This document shows positions 36,770 to 50,225 of a stretch of 64,000 bases of DNA, one piece after another (positions within the stretch are counted from its first letter, which is position 1; each line of letters opens with the position of its first letter). The stretch lies in the NCBI GenBank assembly GCA_951406725.2, contig OX597818.1, positions 74,152,001-74,216,000 on the forward strand, read 5' to 3'. The position numbers were made by a program, and so were the translations under genes. The notes below the pieces were generated by a model. It was not told the origin of the DNA. It searched no databases and saw only the letters and a list, made by a program, of their open reading frames with translations. Source of the stretch: Octopus vulgaris. Its lineage: Eukaryota.

Positions 36770-39260
36770 ACAAGAAGAAAATGACCATTCCCAGAGTACG
36801 ACAATATCTGTTTGAACACAGGATTTCAAGTCCAACACCCGTATTTAAGCCAAAACGGAATGTATCTTTCGCGGCAATAGAAGGAACTTGTAAGACTTGA
36901 AAACCTAGGAATAATCGAGAAGACGCCCAGTCAGACTGGGCAGCATCTAAGGTCTACGTAAAAAGGAAAAATAATAAGTTAAGAATTTGTGCAGATTTTT
37001 CAACGGGGTTAAATGATTGCTTAATCTCACATAACTACCCATTGCCTAGTCCTGAGTAAGTGTTTGCACAATTGAATGAAGGAAAAGTATTCCCAAAATT
37101 AGACCTCAGGGAGGCACATCTACAAATCTAAGTAGAAGAAGAAAGCTCACACATATTAACTATTAATACACACCGTGGTTTATTTGAATTTAAGCAACTT
37201 TCCTTCGGTGTAAAAGTGGCTAATTCCATATTTCATCAACTAATGGAAACAATGCTGGGTGATTGTGATATTGCTATCGCCTATTTAAACGATACCCTTA
37301 TAAAAAGCGAATCACATGAACAACATTTAGAAAACGTTGAAAGGGTATTCGAAAAAAATTAGAGAATACGGCTTCAAATTAACGAGTACTTTCTGAAAAT
37401 ATTGAATACTTGGGCCAGATAGTAGATAAAAACATATGGAAACCGGATCCATCCACAGCAACAGCGATAACAAATATGTCCATGCCGAATAATGTAACCG
37501 TTCTACAAGCATGCTTTGGTTTAGTAAATTACTATCAAATTTAGATTCCCAATATGCATAATGTAAGAGCCCGCTCACTTGTCTATTAAAGAAAAATACA
37601 AAATGGTGCTGGACTGATAAGTGCCAGAAGGCATTTGACAGCTTAAAATATTTTAACATCGGACTTATCGTTAACGCATTTTCATCTAAAGTTGGATAGC
37701 ATATTGGCTACAGATGCGAGTGATTACGGTGTAGGAGCCATGCTTCTTCACAAATATGACGATGGTAGTAAAAGGTCTATAGCCCATGCGTCACGATCGT
37801 TATTACCAGCAGAAAGGAACTATAGCCAGATAGAAAATAAAGTGTTAGCAATCATAGTCGGTGTGAAAAAATTCCTTAGATTTATTTATGCAAGCAATTT
37901 CTCTCTTACAAACCGATTATCGGCCAATACTGTCAATATACGGTTCTAAAAAGGGAAAACCAACACACACAGTGAATAGACTGCAGCGATGGGGCACAAC
38001 ATTATTATATTATCATTACAAAATGGAATATTTGCGGTCAAAATAAAACTAGAGCATGCTGATCGTTTGCCTAGACTGATGCTGAAACATTGCAAGCCAT
38101 TCAAAGATACGGTAATCGCAGGTTTAAAACCCAGAAGGAGAAATAAAAATGTAATATGGAATGTGGTACGCGAATTACTGATAACCCTAGAAGACACAAA
38201 AAGAAATGCGGTAAAGGACGAATTCATTACAGATATGAAAAGAATATTGTGGTCAGGAAAAGTAAATAGAAACAGGATAGGTGCGAAACAAAATCAAGAT
38301 GTGAACCTATACTCAATTTTTCATGGCGAACTGATGGATGCATAGAGAGTAGTAATACCTAAAACATTGCAAAAGAAAATATTGAGGGAATTTCATGATG
38401 GACATCCTGGTAATTCAAGGATGAAAATTTAGCGAAAGGCTGTTGAGGATGTGATCTAGCGACAAAATTGCTGACGATAAAATGTGAACATTAGCAAAAG
38501 TAATGTTTCGTGGTCGAGACTACACATCGATTTCGCTAGTCCCTTAAACAGTTCATACTACTTAGTAGTAGTCGATATTTGTAAGTGTAAAAAGTGAACC
38601 TTCTTAATTGCGACAATTTTTTTATACCAGCTGTTTGCGAAATTTGGCATCACAGATGTGATAGTGTCTGAAAATGGAACGCAATTTGTATCTTTGGAAT
38701 TTAAAAAGTTTTGTGAAACGGTCGCTCTAGAACATGTAATTACGGCGCCATACAATCCTAGATCTAACGGACAAGCAGAATGCTTTGTCGATATGTTCAG
38801 GAGACCCCTAAGAATGTCAAATAAGGAAGTCACGGATGAGGTAACTCTACAACAATTCTTAAGAGTCACCATGTGTCACCAAATCCAAATACACTAGCAG
38901 GTATATACGAAGAAAATGAAATCAGTCTTCGACAAATTGCTATGTGGCGAGAAAAGAAAGATGGCAATGAAAAATGTAGCAAGATATTTCAAAATCAGTG
39001 AAAAAGTATTTGTTATGGAATATAAGTACAGAAAACAAAGTTGGGAAGATGGCGTGATTACCAAACGCATTGGGAAAATGCTATACTTGGTAAAAGGAAG
39101 AAAAAAGGTATACAAGAGACGCGTGAATCAACTAAGAAAAGATTCGTTGAGAACGAGCCCAAGAGAATGGAAGAAACAACGGAATAGTTATATGAAACTT
39201 TTCAAGTACCAACGCCACTACAAGTAATTAAACCCAGATGCACAAGCGTAAGAAAAATGA
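36770..39260 (+). mobile_element. Decayed Ty3/Gypsy pol (RT-RNaseH-integrase)
   Basis: SDWAA, LRICADFSTGLN, YPLPSPE, LATDASDYGVGA…IAHASRSLLPAERNYSQIE, RLHIDFA, IVSENGTQF…APYNPRSNGQAE. Confidence 0.92.
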
Positions 39261-39427
39261 AACTGTACAGAGTTCCTGGGAGAGGATGCCAAAGGAATAA
39301 TATTAAATGTGTAAATGTATGAAAAAAAGGAAAAAACAGAAAAAGGAAGGTGGGGAGATGTAAAAATTATTGCTATTAAAACGAATAAAATTACACTCCC
39401 TAAGAAAAACGAAAAGCTTTAAAGGGA

Positions 39428-39624
39428 TGTTATTGGGATAATAATAATAGTGGTACACACCTCCACGTGACGAGTGGTATGTGATAGTCATTATAAATAA
39501 TGTCAATCAGGGTGAGTATGGGTAGAGAGTAGACGGTCATAGATAGTCGTGGTCTTTCTTGTCTGACTATCTATACTGCTATACCGAAGTGACGTAATAA
39601 AAGTCCGACGAAAGGATTGCAACA
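39428..39624 (+). mobile_element. Candidate short 3' LTR of the Gypsy element
   Basis: Starts TGTT after purine run AAAGGGA, ends AACA, with AATAAA near the 3' end. No matching 5' LTR was found. Confidence 0.45.
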
Positions 39625-39664
39625 ATGATAGAGTAATTTGCTTATAAATGAATTTTATAGAAAC

Positions 39665-41082
39665 TAGTATTTGATTTCAAATTTTGTCATATGACCAGTA
39701 ATACCGGGAAGGGGGTAAGTCGATTATATCAACCGCAGTTATCCACAGGTACTTTTTTACCGAGCCCTCGATGGATGATAGGCAAAGTCGACCTCGGTGG
39801 AATTTGAAAAAAGAAGGTAAAACTTGGAGAAATGCTGCTAGGCATTGTGACCACGATTCTTTAAGGTCACCACCGTTAAAGAACCTAAATATTAACGGAA
39901 TCTGTAACGATGGCCGTCACTCTCAAGCGTGTATGACCTTTTTAGATGTATCATTGTAATATGTAATACCTATCATTGCTTTTCTTAATTATTTTAGGCA
40001 CGTGTAGTCTGATCAGGTATGAACATCCACTTGGGTTTTTGTCTCTCTCTCTTTGATGCAATTGACATCGATTATATTGACAACGTGTGAGAGGAAGAGA
40101 CAGCATTGCGCCAGTACTAGGGCAGATAATCGTTTTCAGCTGAGTAGACCAAAGCAACACGAATTTAAGTATGTTGTTTAAGGACATAACGCACCAGCCC
40201 ATCCAGGAATCGAACGACCAAATATATGATAGTAAGCTGAATCCCCTAACAACTAGGCCTCGCGATATTTTACTATGGCAGAGTTTGATAGTTGTTATAA
40301 TAGTTTATTATGGAATATAATCAAAGAGTAGTATAGTATAGCCTATGTACAAAAGTACAATAATCTTTAAGTATAATATCTGAATATAATTGTAAAGACT
40401 TGTACAATATGTGAGACAGAGTATAGAAGTCAGAACGAGTGGAAAAAGAGGGTCAACCAGAAAGAAGGAAAGGAATGAAAAGAAAAGAAGAAAATAAAAA
40501 TGAAAGGAGGGACATAGATTAGAGAGGATTATATGGATTAAGGGCATAGAAAAATCATCACATATTGTCATTTGCTCATGTCAAGTCATGAATAATGGAA
40601 GCGTGAATGACATGAAAATTGGATGCCATAAATAATGTTTTTAAAGTTTAGCACGTGGCAAGCAAGGTTATGGCAGGTGGTAAGCCGGTTACATGAACCC
40701 TGGTGCTCAACTGGTACTTATTTTATTGGCCTCGAAATACTGAAAATTAATGTTGACCTCGCATAAGTTGAACGCAAAACGTAATGAGTCAGTAGAAATA
40801 CCGCAAAGCATTTATCTGACACTCTAAAAGTTCTGCCAGCTTCCAGCCTTGATGTCCTAAATAATCCTTTCTACAAAAGGCACAAGGCCTGAAATGTTGT
40901 GAGTGGGGGTTAACCGATTACATCGAGCCCAGTATATGACTAGTACTTATTTTATCGATTCCAAAATAATGAAAGGCGAAGTCAAACTTAGCAGAATTTG
41001 AACTCAAAACATGAAGCCGGAATAAATGTTGATAAGCATTTTGTCTGGCATGTTAATAATTCTGTTAGCCCGCCACCTTTCG
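39665..41082 (-). mobile_element. Cluster of degenerate SINEs (family B at 39665-39878, 40635-40830, 40863-41082; CORE-type at about 40130-40265)
   Basis: Reverse complements of the family B body (tacttatttt.t…gaaaggc.aagtc…gaatttgaac). Confidence 0.65.
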
Positions 41083-41149
41083 ATGCCCTAAATGATTGTA
41101 TATATGTGTTAGGGATAGTTTACCCGGCTGTCATCAGAGTTTAGCGACA

Positions 41150-42290
41150 GCGAATTTTCAAAGTAGTTTTTCTATTTCTGTAGATTTTCCTCTGAGTTTT
41201 TCAACGCTGCCCACTTTAATATCAACTGTGGCATATTTTGCACCAATACAATATTGCAGATGTTAACGGAAGCGAGAATGGAGAAATGGATGGGTGACAA
41301 ATCTTATGCGTGTGAAGTAGAATATGTATTTAATGGATCCTATTATTTCAAAAGTGGCTTGTAGCATAAGGTAAATTTTCAGAATATAGTGCGGTGTTAG
41401 TTTCATACAATTGAGAATTTGATACAAATAACTTCCCGCTATCGATTCTGGCTGACCTCCATATAGTTGGCTAAGGATTTACTGATTGATACCTTGTGTT
41501 TTTCTGGAGTATTTACAATTATCTTATTACTACTGCTTTCAACAGTTCCGAAAAACAAACCACTACATTATAGCATTTCACTGAATCTGTGCCGCACAAA
41601 TTCAGTCTTTGGTATCCTCATAGGGAGAAAATAAAAACAGAAATTTCAGTAAGTAATATCCTTTGTAATACCTTGAATTTTTGTATTGGTACTCTTGTCA
41701 TATTCTTGGTCACTGAAATATTCCAAGAAAATACCATTTTTATTCAATATTTCCTTTATCAGGTTTGCAATGTTAGAACCTGTTTCTCCCGGCAGACTTC
41801 AAAAAGTCAAAATCTCTCTGGAATTTACTTTGAAAGCAAGGTATGATAAATATTGTCTGTTTGACATGTACGGAATCAGATATTGCATCAAATATTACTG
41901 AATAGTATTTTACCTTTGATCTTTCGGAGAATATGTGTTTCAAAACGTGATCGGAGCAAAGGGAAATAAATTTATTTTGTGATTCAGTTGACAAGTATAT
42001 GTGCTTCCAGCTCTTCGCGTTTTTGCTGGTTTTATTTGACCTTCCTGACACAGGTTCAAATACAGATTTTAAGCTCATGGTTTTCTGGAAACTTGCAGAT
42101 GTATATCGTTGCACATTGTAAATGATTCATTAACCACAATTTCTTTCCAAGGTTGCGACGTAAGGGTTCTGTTTCTAATTTGCTGTTCACGAGATTCTTC
42201 ACGTTTTTACTGATAAAATATTCATTATTTGTTTCCAGAAAGGCTTGTCCATCTCTTTCTTTACTTTCAAGTTGCACTGACGTGAATTCA
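41150..42290 (-). mobile_element. Decayed hAT transposase fragment
   Basis: IYLSTESQNKFISLC…VKYYSVIFDAISDSVHVKQ matches the YLS..IQNE / YYS...D...D.SH..Q catalytic block of hAT transposases. Confidence 0.7.
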
Positions 42291-43309
42291 ACTTAAAGTT
42301 TGATTCGAAATATTTGCACAAATTATAATCTATTTCGCAAAGTATTGGGAGAACCGATAGAGCGTCAAATAAAATGACTTGAGGTTATAGATATGATTCT
42401 CTGTGCTGTGTTCAAATCCTACTGAGGCCAGTACTCAAATCCTGCTGAGGTCTCTGTTCTAATCCTGATTTTCATCCTTCAAGAGCTGATAATTAAATTA
42501 TCAGTCAGGGAATTGATGGAATTATTACAAGGTCGGACAAGAGGTTTTGCGGTATCTATTTTGGTTCTTTGCCTCTTACTAATCAGCAGAACTAATCTTG
42601 ACCATGAGAAGAACCAACTCAAAATACAATCAGCCAGTGGGATATGTAGGCCAACAGCCAGCTTAAGTAACCTAGGAACTGCATGCTATAGCTTTGCCCA
42701 AATGTGAAACGAAAACCGCTGAATTGGAATTGTATTTAGATCAGCAGTAAATATTAGGCTTTCTATGAAACTACCAATAGCAAATTAATGTCCTTTTGTG
42801 GATGCTGACTTTGTGTCTGCGCAACTAATTCGACGTGTGTAAGACTAATGAGTGACTGCCGAATGAATGGAGTGTGTCTATGTGTTTGCGTAGTGTGTAG
42901 GTGTTTCTTTGTGCCTATATGTTTGTGTGGTATGTGTGCTTGTTTGTAAGTGAATATGCTTGTCTGTGTATGTATGTATGTATGTATGTATGTATGTATG
43001 TATGTATGTATGTATGTATGTATGTATGTATGTTTGTATGTATATATGTATGTATGTATGTATGCATGTATGTATGTATATGCGTGCGTCTTCAGTGATG
43101 AAATAAAATAATCCATGCAGTACAAAGGAAAAGTATTGAAAGAATAGGGAAATTGGTCCGAAAGAAGCTGAAGGCGATGGAGTTGGGATGAACAAACGTG
43201 GGTACAACAACAGACTCATACGGGGGTGATAATGCACACCCCTGTATATGTGTCTGTATTTCCACGTTTCGATATATATATCTATATATATAGAAATATA
43301 TACTAACAC

Positions 43310-43680
43310 ATTCGTCTGTCTTTAAGTTCTGAGTTCAAATTCCGCCGATGTCACTTTGCTTTTCATCCTTTCGGGGTCAATAAATTAAGTAACAGTTGCG
43401 TACTGGAGTCGATTTAATCGATTCCCCCTCCCCCAAAATTTCGGGCCTAGAAAAGAATATTATTATTATTGTTGTTGTTAAGGAGGGGAGCTGACAGAAT
43501 CTGTACGAAATGCTTCGTCTGTTGGCACGTTCTTGGTTCAAATTCCGTCGAGGTCAAATTCGCCTTTCATCCTTTCGGGGGTCGATAAATTAAGTACCAG
43601 TTGTACACTAGGGTCGATATAATCGTCTAACACCCCCCTAAAAATTCCTGGCTTTTTACCAAAATTTGAAGCCAATATTA
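43310..43680 (+). mobile_element. Two tandem SINE family B copies
   Basis: gttcaaattccg.cga.gtc…tttcatcctttcggggtc occurs twice, each ending in an AT-rich tail. Confidence 0.8.
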
Positions 43681-44609
43681 TAATTTTTGTTGTTTAATCC
43701 TTCTTCTTGTTCTTGTTTTTCTTCTTGTTCTTTTCTTCTTTTTCTTATCAGTATCATCATCATCATCATCCTTTCCTTGTTTCATTGTTCCAGCTTTAAG
43801 AAATACAAGTTGTACACGATGTACTGTCTACATTTCTAGCTTTCGTTGGAGACCGCGACCATAAATACTTAATATTCTGTTTTGTGTAAAAGGTGCTGTC
43901 AATATGAAATCGAAATAAATGAATTGTTTCCATAATAAATATTTAGTCAAGTTATAAATCGAGAATATCTATTCACATTCTGATTTCTGTATGACAGTTA
44001 TCAATCCAGTGAATTAGATTAAATAATATGTCAAACATTTATAGTATGTGAATTATATATTTCAGTTCTCTGAAGCTAATAGAGTTTATGTATAGATAAA
44101 CGTATTGGCTACTTCTTTTTCTGAAGTTGGCCAATTGATGTAAAAACATTTGACGAGATACTTAGAAAAGTCGAAAATCAATTAAGGCTGCTCATCAGTC
44201 TTTATTTCTTTGTTCAGTCTACAGAGAAACTGACAAATACTACCAATTTCCTCCGTAAAATTGGGTTAACGGCGGCCGTCGGAGAAATAAGTGCCGCGAG
44301 CTGGAATGACGCTGCAGTAAGTCTCGCTGACCATTCTCGGTGGCAAAGCCACCGCCGACATAAGCGCGGGGTGCGGCTGAGCACACCATTTGTTCTGGGA
44401 TATATGGCCCATTGCCCACTATCTTCCATCTCCCACTATATTTCGCTCCTGTACCTTTTCTTTCTTTTCGTTTTTTTATCTTTTTTCTTTCCTGTTTCTT
44501 TGTATTTAAACATTCTGATAAAACCTCATTACTCCAAAGATATATAATCTTAAGTCACTAATATGCATCTCTATAATCAGCATGTAAGCTGAAAGAATAC
44601 CGTCGTATA

Positions 44610-45254
44610 CGTGTGTGTGCGTGCGAGTGTGTCTTTGTGTCTCCTGTTACCGCTTGTCAACTGGTGTTCCTGTGTTTATTTCCCAGCAAATTAGCGATTT
44701 GGCAAGAGAGTTCGATAGAATCAGTTCCATGCTTTAAAACTAAGTACTGTGGTAGATTCATTCGGCTAAGACTTCTTCAAGGTGGTGCCCCAGCATGGCC
44801 GCAGTCTAATGACTGAAATAAGTAAATGATAAAAGATATAAGCATATTTGGTAGAGTAAAAGCGCCATAGGAGACACAATTCTCGAACGTTAAAAGATAA
44901 TTCAGTTAACGCTAGCGTAACACTGTTGTGAGCAATAGTAACTATTGGTTGAGTGGTCCACAGAAGTGAGATTTTACTCTGATACGTTAGTAAGCAACTC
45001 AGTCAACGTGATAAAAGTATTCATGGTACAGTTGGTTGAACTTGACAAACGTGTTCTTTATTCTTTTATTCGTTTCAGTCATTTGACTGCGGCCATGCTG
45101 GAGCACCACATTTAGTCGAACAAATGGACCCCAGGACTTATTCTTTGTAAGCCTAGTACTTATACTACTGGTTCTTTTGCTGAACCGCTAAGTTACGGAG
45201 ACGTAAACACACCAATATTGGTTGTCAAGTGATGAGGGGGACAGAGAGTCACAA

Positions 45255-45312
<58 letters not shown>

Positions 45313-45670
45313 GACAGGCTTCTTTCAGTTTCCATCTACCAAATTCACTCAGAAGGCTTTGGACGGCCCGAGGTTACAGTAGAAGATACCTGCCCAAGAT
45401 GCCACGCAGAATCCCACATATGGTGAAACCGGAACCATGTGATTGGTAAGCAGTCTACTTGACACACAGCCACTACTTGTATTACTCATTGGATTCCGGC
45501 CATGCTGGGGCACCACCTAGAAGGAGTTTAGTTAACCGAATTCACTCCAGTACTATTTTCTCTTTTTAATCTGGTACTTCATCTATCGAGGTTGTTTTGC
45601 CGAACCACTAAGTCACGGGAATAGAAACAAAGCAACACCGGTTGTCAAGCGGCGTCAGGTGCAAAAACAA
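44610..45670. mobile_element. SINE family A cluster (partial + 44610-44840; full - 45058-45473; partial - 45495-45670)
   Basis: Alignable by eye to 14905-15302. Confidence 0.8.
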
Positions 45671-45730
45671 ATTCAGCGACACGTACATATACACACACAC
45701 CTACATACACACGTGCATGCACACACACAC

Positions 45731-45814
<84 letters not shown>

Positions 45815-45817
<3 letters not shown>

Positions 45818-46360
45818 TGGGTATGACATTACACTGCATCCGATAGTGAATCTCCAGTTCTAGAGTTGTAAGGAGCATGGATTCACCCCTTAATTAGATT
45901 TATTCTGACCCATGACGGTAGTAATTTTCAGGGTCCTATCTATGGGGCAAATAGGTTTTTGTAAGAGTAGATTTAGTGCCTTAGCTACGGTGAAAGCAAT
46001 CAAGTTAGAAGAAAGAAAATTCCAAAATTAACATCCACTTCTAATATTCCTAAGTCAGCATGGAAAAGTATGACTGATAAAACTAAAACATGAGGTATAT
46101 CGAATGATCTTGATTCAGATCAAAGGGGTTCACCTCTGAACCATGAACAGGCGACCAGGAGGGCTCAACAAAAGTTCCGAACCTGGGATTCACTCTAACA
46201 ATCTCGGACCCGAGTATGCCTTGAATGATCGAATACCGCAGATGCAAGTATCTAATGTCGGTGCACATTCTGCTGCAGGCGGAGATAGTGAGAAATATAT
46301 GAATCAACAGTTTTCATTTACCAAATTCAATGTCAAGGCATTGGTTAGCAAGGTACTTTA
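45815..46360 (+). mobile_element. Possible decayed RTE 5' UTR and ORF start
   Basis: gcaatcaagttagaagaaagaaaattc resembles RTE 5' UTR motifs; FTKFNVKAL resembles the APE start TFNVRTL. Confidence 0.35.
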
Positions 46361-47619
46361 ATAGAAAACCACGTAACTACAGACCGAGGTTCAAAATTAT
46401 GAGGCATCATATGTAAGTGTTCGCACAGCACTCATGCACTTAGGACGCAGGATGCCAAAATTGTCATAGCGCATCACCTGTAACAGGTTATACCTGAAGT
46501 ACCACGATCAGTACTCGAAGTAGGCCATGCAATTATTGTGTAGCTGGTTCCAGGTGGGAATTGTCTGGTCAGTGCTCACTGCTAATTGCGTACTTGGCAC
46601 ACAATCTCAGTTCTCTGTTAAATGTCTCTCTGGTACACAATCAACTGTACTATCATTTACAACATCTTTTAAGCTATCTTGTCCCGCTTTCAATTCAATA
46701 ATCCAAACTACTTTGAAATATTCATACATTTAGATACGTTTAGATCGTTTATAGGTATAACTTTTGAGTATATGCTGACAACCTTCTGGTTTTGATCTGT
46801 TTAATCTAAGCTCACATTCTATCATTTTGGAAAATATCCAAACATATATGTCGAATGTAATTAGCTTACTTGTTCATATTTTTAATATATTTCTGTTTAT
46901 CTGAAAAATCAATATTGTAGGTGATGTGAGTAATCAATAATACAATATTATTTAAAGGAGAAAAAGGAATTACAGAATCGGTAGAGTGCCAGTCTCATAG
47001 TCTTTCGGTATTTAATATTACAATTCATATCAGTCGGGGGACAGACTTGTCTTTGATAATAAGAATCATTCCCATCAATTGTAAAGTGCTGTAGCCCTGC
47101 CAGGTATGAGAGATTACTTATCAGTCGAGACATGGTCCAGCAATGTAAGAGTATAAGTGATATTTCAGTCATGTAGAAGGATAATTCTCAGACATTACGG
47201 CGGGCATAGATATTAAGTAGTTTTAAAAGGAACCAATATTAGTTATGTGTTACAATTGAGGCGCAGGTTGGAAGTGTTATAAATATGAGGCCTGATTCGT
47301 TGACAATGCTGATAGTTCAAGTGTTGCTTGCTTGAGGAGTTTCAGGCTTGATTACTGAGCAATTACACACACACACATTCACACACACACACACAGATTT
47401 ATTCAGTATGTACGTACGTAAGTATGTATATATGTTTCTTACAAAGATATCAAACTCCACCTTAGGAATGTAGATAACGAAAACAATGACACATTCTAAA
47501 CTCGAGAAAGAAGTTGTGCATAGTTTACTATTCCGCTTACAAATTACGTTTGTTATGTGCGAATCAGTTGGTTGATTTCTTTTTCTGAAAATCCAAGTTG
47601 ATCCAGACTGACAGTTAAG

Positions 47620-48930
47620 CATTTCCTTGCAAAACCAAGTGCTCCAATTATTATGGGAATAAATTTAAATTCGTAATCTGGATATCAAAGCTGGTGTTAT
47701 CGAAGCAGTTGTCTATAGTTATCTTCTTTCCCTTTGATTTTCAAAGACATATTGTCATCTGTACGACAGCTGACTTCTATAACGGTACATACTTCTTCTT
47801 GTCTGTCCCAAACAACAATATCTGGCCTGTTATTCTTTCGCTAGACAGATGTTTTGATGTCCTCCCAGTATCCCTTGTTATGTTTTGCACATATTCAATA
47901 ACAGAGGGATTCTCTATGCTTATTCCAGGACAGTATTTTTTTCCGAATGGCATTGTCTATTGTTTTTGAGACAACATCATATCGCATAGGGAGGTAGTAC
48001 CTTGATGACATTTTTCAGCAGCTGCTAATCATATGCCTGATGTCTTCCACAAAAATATGACATATTCTACATTTACGATTGCACTTTGGAACTGCAAAGG
48101 CTTTACTGTCTCTTTTGTTTATTAAGTATTTAGTAGCAATCTCCTGTTCTTGGATTGCAAATGCGTAGCCTTAGAAGTGTGATGTAATGTAGCGGTCATG
48201 ACTCCAAGAAATGCTTCGCTTTATATCAGTGTTATAATCTTCAAATCTTCGAGAAACATATCAATGCATGGTCTTTTCTTTTTGATTTTCTGAGGGTTTC
48301 ACCTCCAGTTCTTCTTTGAGGTATCCTAGTTCGGCTGATTTGGAATTGTAAAGGAGGTTATCAAAACGAGAGTACTTCTTGAGGAGCTCTCTTCTAATAC
48401 GAAGGATATTCTTTTCTCCACTTTTCAACACTGAATTAATGTATAATTTTTGTTGTTGTTGCTTAGTAAATGCTGTCTCAGAGAGAGAGAGAGAGAGTAT
48501 GCGACACTCAAAGGCTGGTCTGCACTGATCTGCAGCCCATACCCATTTTATTTCTTCATAGGTAGAGCCTGACTACAATTTTTGTGGAGATTTCCAGTTG
48601 ACGTTACAATATTGCAGGTAATGTGTATTGAGTGGTCTCCTACAGATCAGTCAAGTATACCAAATGATGGAATCAGGAGTGGCACTGCAAATACATTGTG
48701 AGATATTGTTTTGTTGTAATAGGAGAGATCAGACTCTCATATTTTTCTTAGTCTCGTGTAATATTCTTGGGTCACTGTATTTTTATTCAAAGTACCTCGG
48801 TATGATAAATTTTCATCAATGCCTACGTACGTGTAGTATTCTTCGTGTGGGACAGGCGATATAGTGAGACCATTGATGCAAAAAGTTTTGTGCCAGGGGG
48901 AATGATTTTCCGTGTTCAAAAATTAAATAC
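47620..48930 (-). mobile_element. Degenerate R4/Dong-type LINE 3' region
   Basis: YTYVGIDE…QEYYTRLRKI, YAFAIQEQEIATKYL, CRIC…EDIRHMISSC, NRPDIVVWD. Confidence 0.8.
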
Positions 48931-48958
48931 GAACATTTCATATATATATAAATGTATA

Positions 48959-49841
48959 CGAGGTCTGATCAATAAGTATATGTACTGTTAACAAAGTAAC
49001 GAAGCTAAAGCACAGAGAGTGAAGCTACCTGGTATAAATTGACCTTGAACGCTGTTCTGCATGAGGACTAAGTTTTAACGTTCTAGCTCACCTCCGCTAT
49101 TTACAGTAGTTCTTTGAAGGAAGGTGTGTAACGTGTGATCGTCGCATTGCCCATGACTGAGAAAATTGTCATGGCGGTACCTGCTCAGATGCCTACGAAC
49201 AGTTGCAGAAAGTGTATGGAGGGGAGTATATGAGCTGCACGCAAGTGTACGAGGGTTTCCGACGTTTCCAAGATGGTCGAAAAAATGTCCATATTGGCGA
49301 ACGTTCTGGGAGACCCGCAACCAGCACAACTGAGAAAAACATCACAGATGTGCGTGCAGCTATGAGGAGAAAACGTCGAAACACCATCCGTGAGTTATCA
49401 GAGAATGTGCAGATTAGTTATGAATCAGTTCAGTCAATTATCACTGAAGGTTTGGGCATGAGACGCGTTTCTGCCAAGTTTGTGCCAAACCTGCTTTCCA
49501 CTAACCGAAGAGACACGGGTTTCCTTTGCACATAATCTGCTTGATTTTGTCGAGAACGATAAAACATTTTTGAAAACTTTGAGTAGGCCTCTGAGCGGAT
49601 ATCACCAAGGTTTTGGAAAAATTTGATCCTCTGCTCAATTCTTTGTCATGGTCAATGCTAAGATCACCCGCTACACACCTTTATTCCAAGCACTGCTGTA
49701 AATAGCAGAAGTGTGTTAGAAAGTTAAAACTTAGTGCGCATACACAGGAGAGCCCACCGCCAATCTGTGCCAAGTGATTTACTCTGCGTGCTTAAGCTTC
49801 GTCACTATGGCAACAGTGTGCATACTTATTGATCAGGCTAT
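48959..49841 (+). mobile_element. Internally deleted mariner with long (~150 bp) imperfect TIRs
   Basis: TA-CGAGGTCTGATCAATAAGTA… / …TACTTATTGATCAGGC; ORF 49203-49535 has the HTH (VYEGFRRFQDGR…RSGRP…GMRRVSAKFVP) but no DDD domain. Confidence 0.85.
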
Positions 49842-49850
49842 TTATATATG

Positions 49851-49911
<61 letters not shown>

Positions 49912-49914
<3 letters not shown>

Positions 49915-50177
49915 TAAAAACGGTAAGATAACAAAAGAAAGAAACAGACCTCAATATTATGTAAATAGAGGAAATTTATCTGTAAAATAATATGTGACAA
50001 TTATTCAATAGCCAAGATAAAACACTGAGTTTCGGATGCCGAAGTGGAAATCCACAACACCATCGCTTCGGTTATCTGGCCAGGTAACCGAAGAGACGGT
50101 GTTGTGGATTTCCACTTCGGCATCCGAAACTCAGAGTTTTATCTTGACTATTGAATAATTGTCACATATTATTTTAC

Positions 50178-50182
<5 letters not shown>
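49912..50182 (-). mobile_element. (TA)n-flanked PLE fold-back cassette, same family as 52093-53584
   Basis: Loopless palindrome 49977-50182 centred at TGGCCA (50079/50080), plus extension 49912-49976 nearly identical to 52093-52156. Confidence 0.88.
50079..50150 (+). ncRNA. HHR motif with CCGAAGA core (mirror copy on minus strand)
   Basis: AGGTAA-CCGAAGA-GACGG…CATCC-GAAA-CTC-A-GAG-TT-TTATCT. Confidence 0.6.

Positions 50183-50225
<43 letters not shown>

Noticed and set aside
44210-44460. GC-rich island as an exon
   Set aside because: No recognisable protein or paired splice sites; more likely a retroelement end, unassigned.
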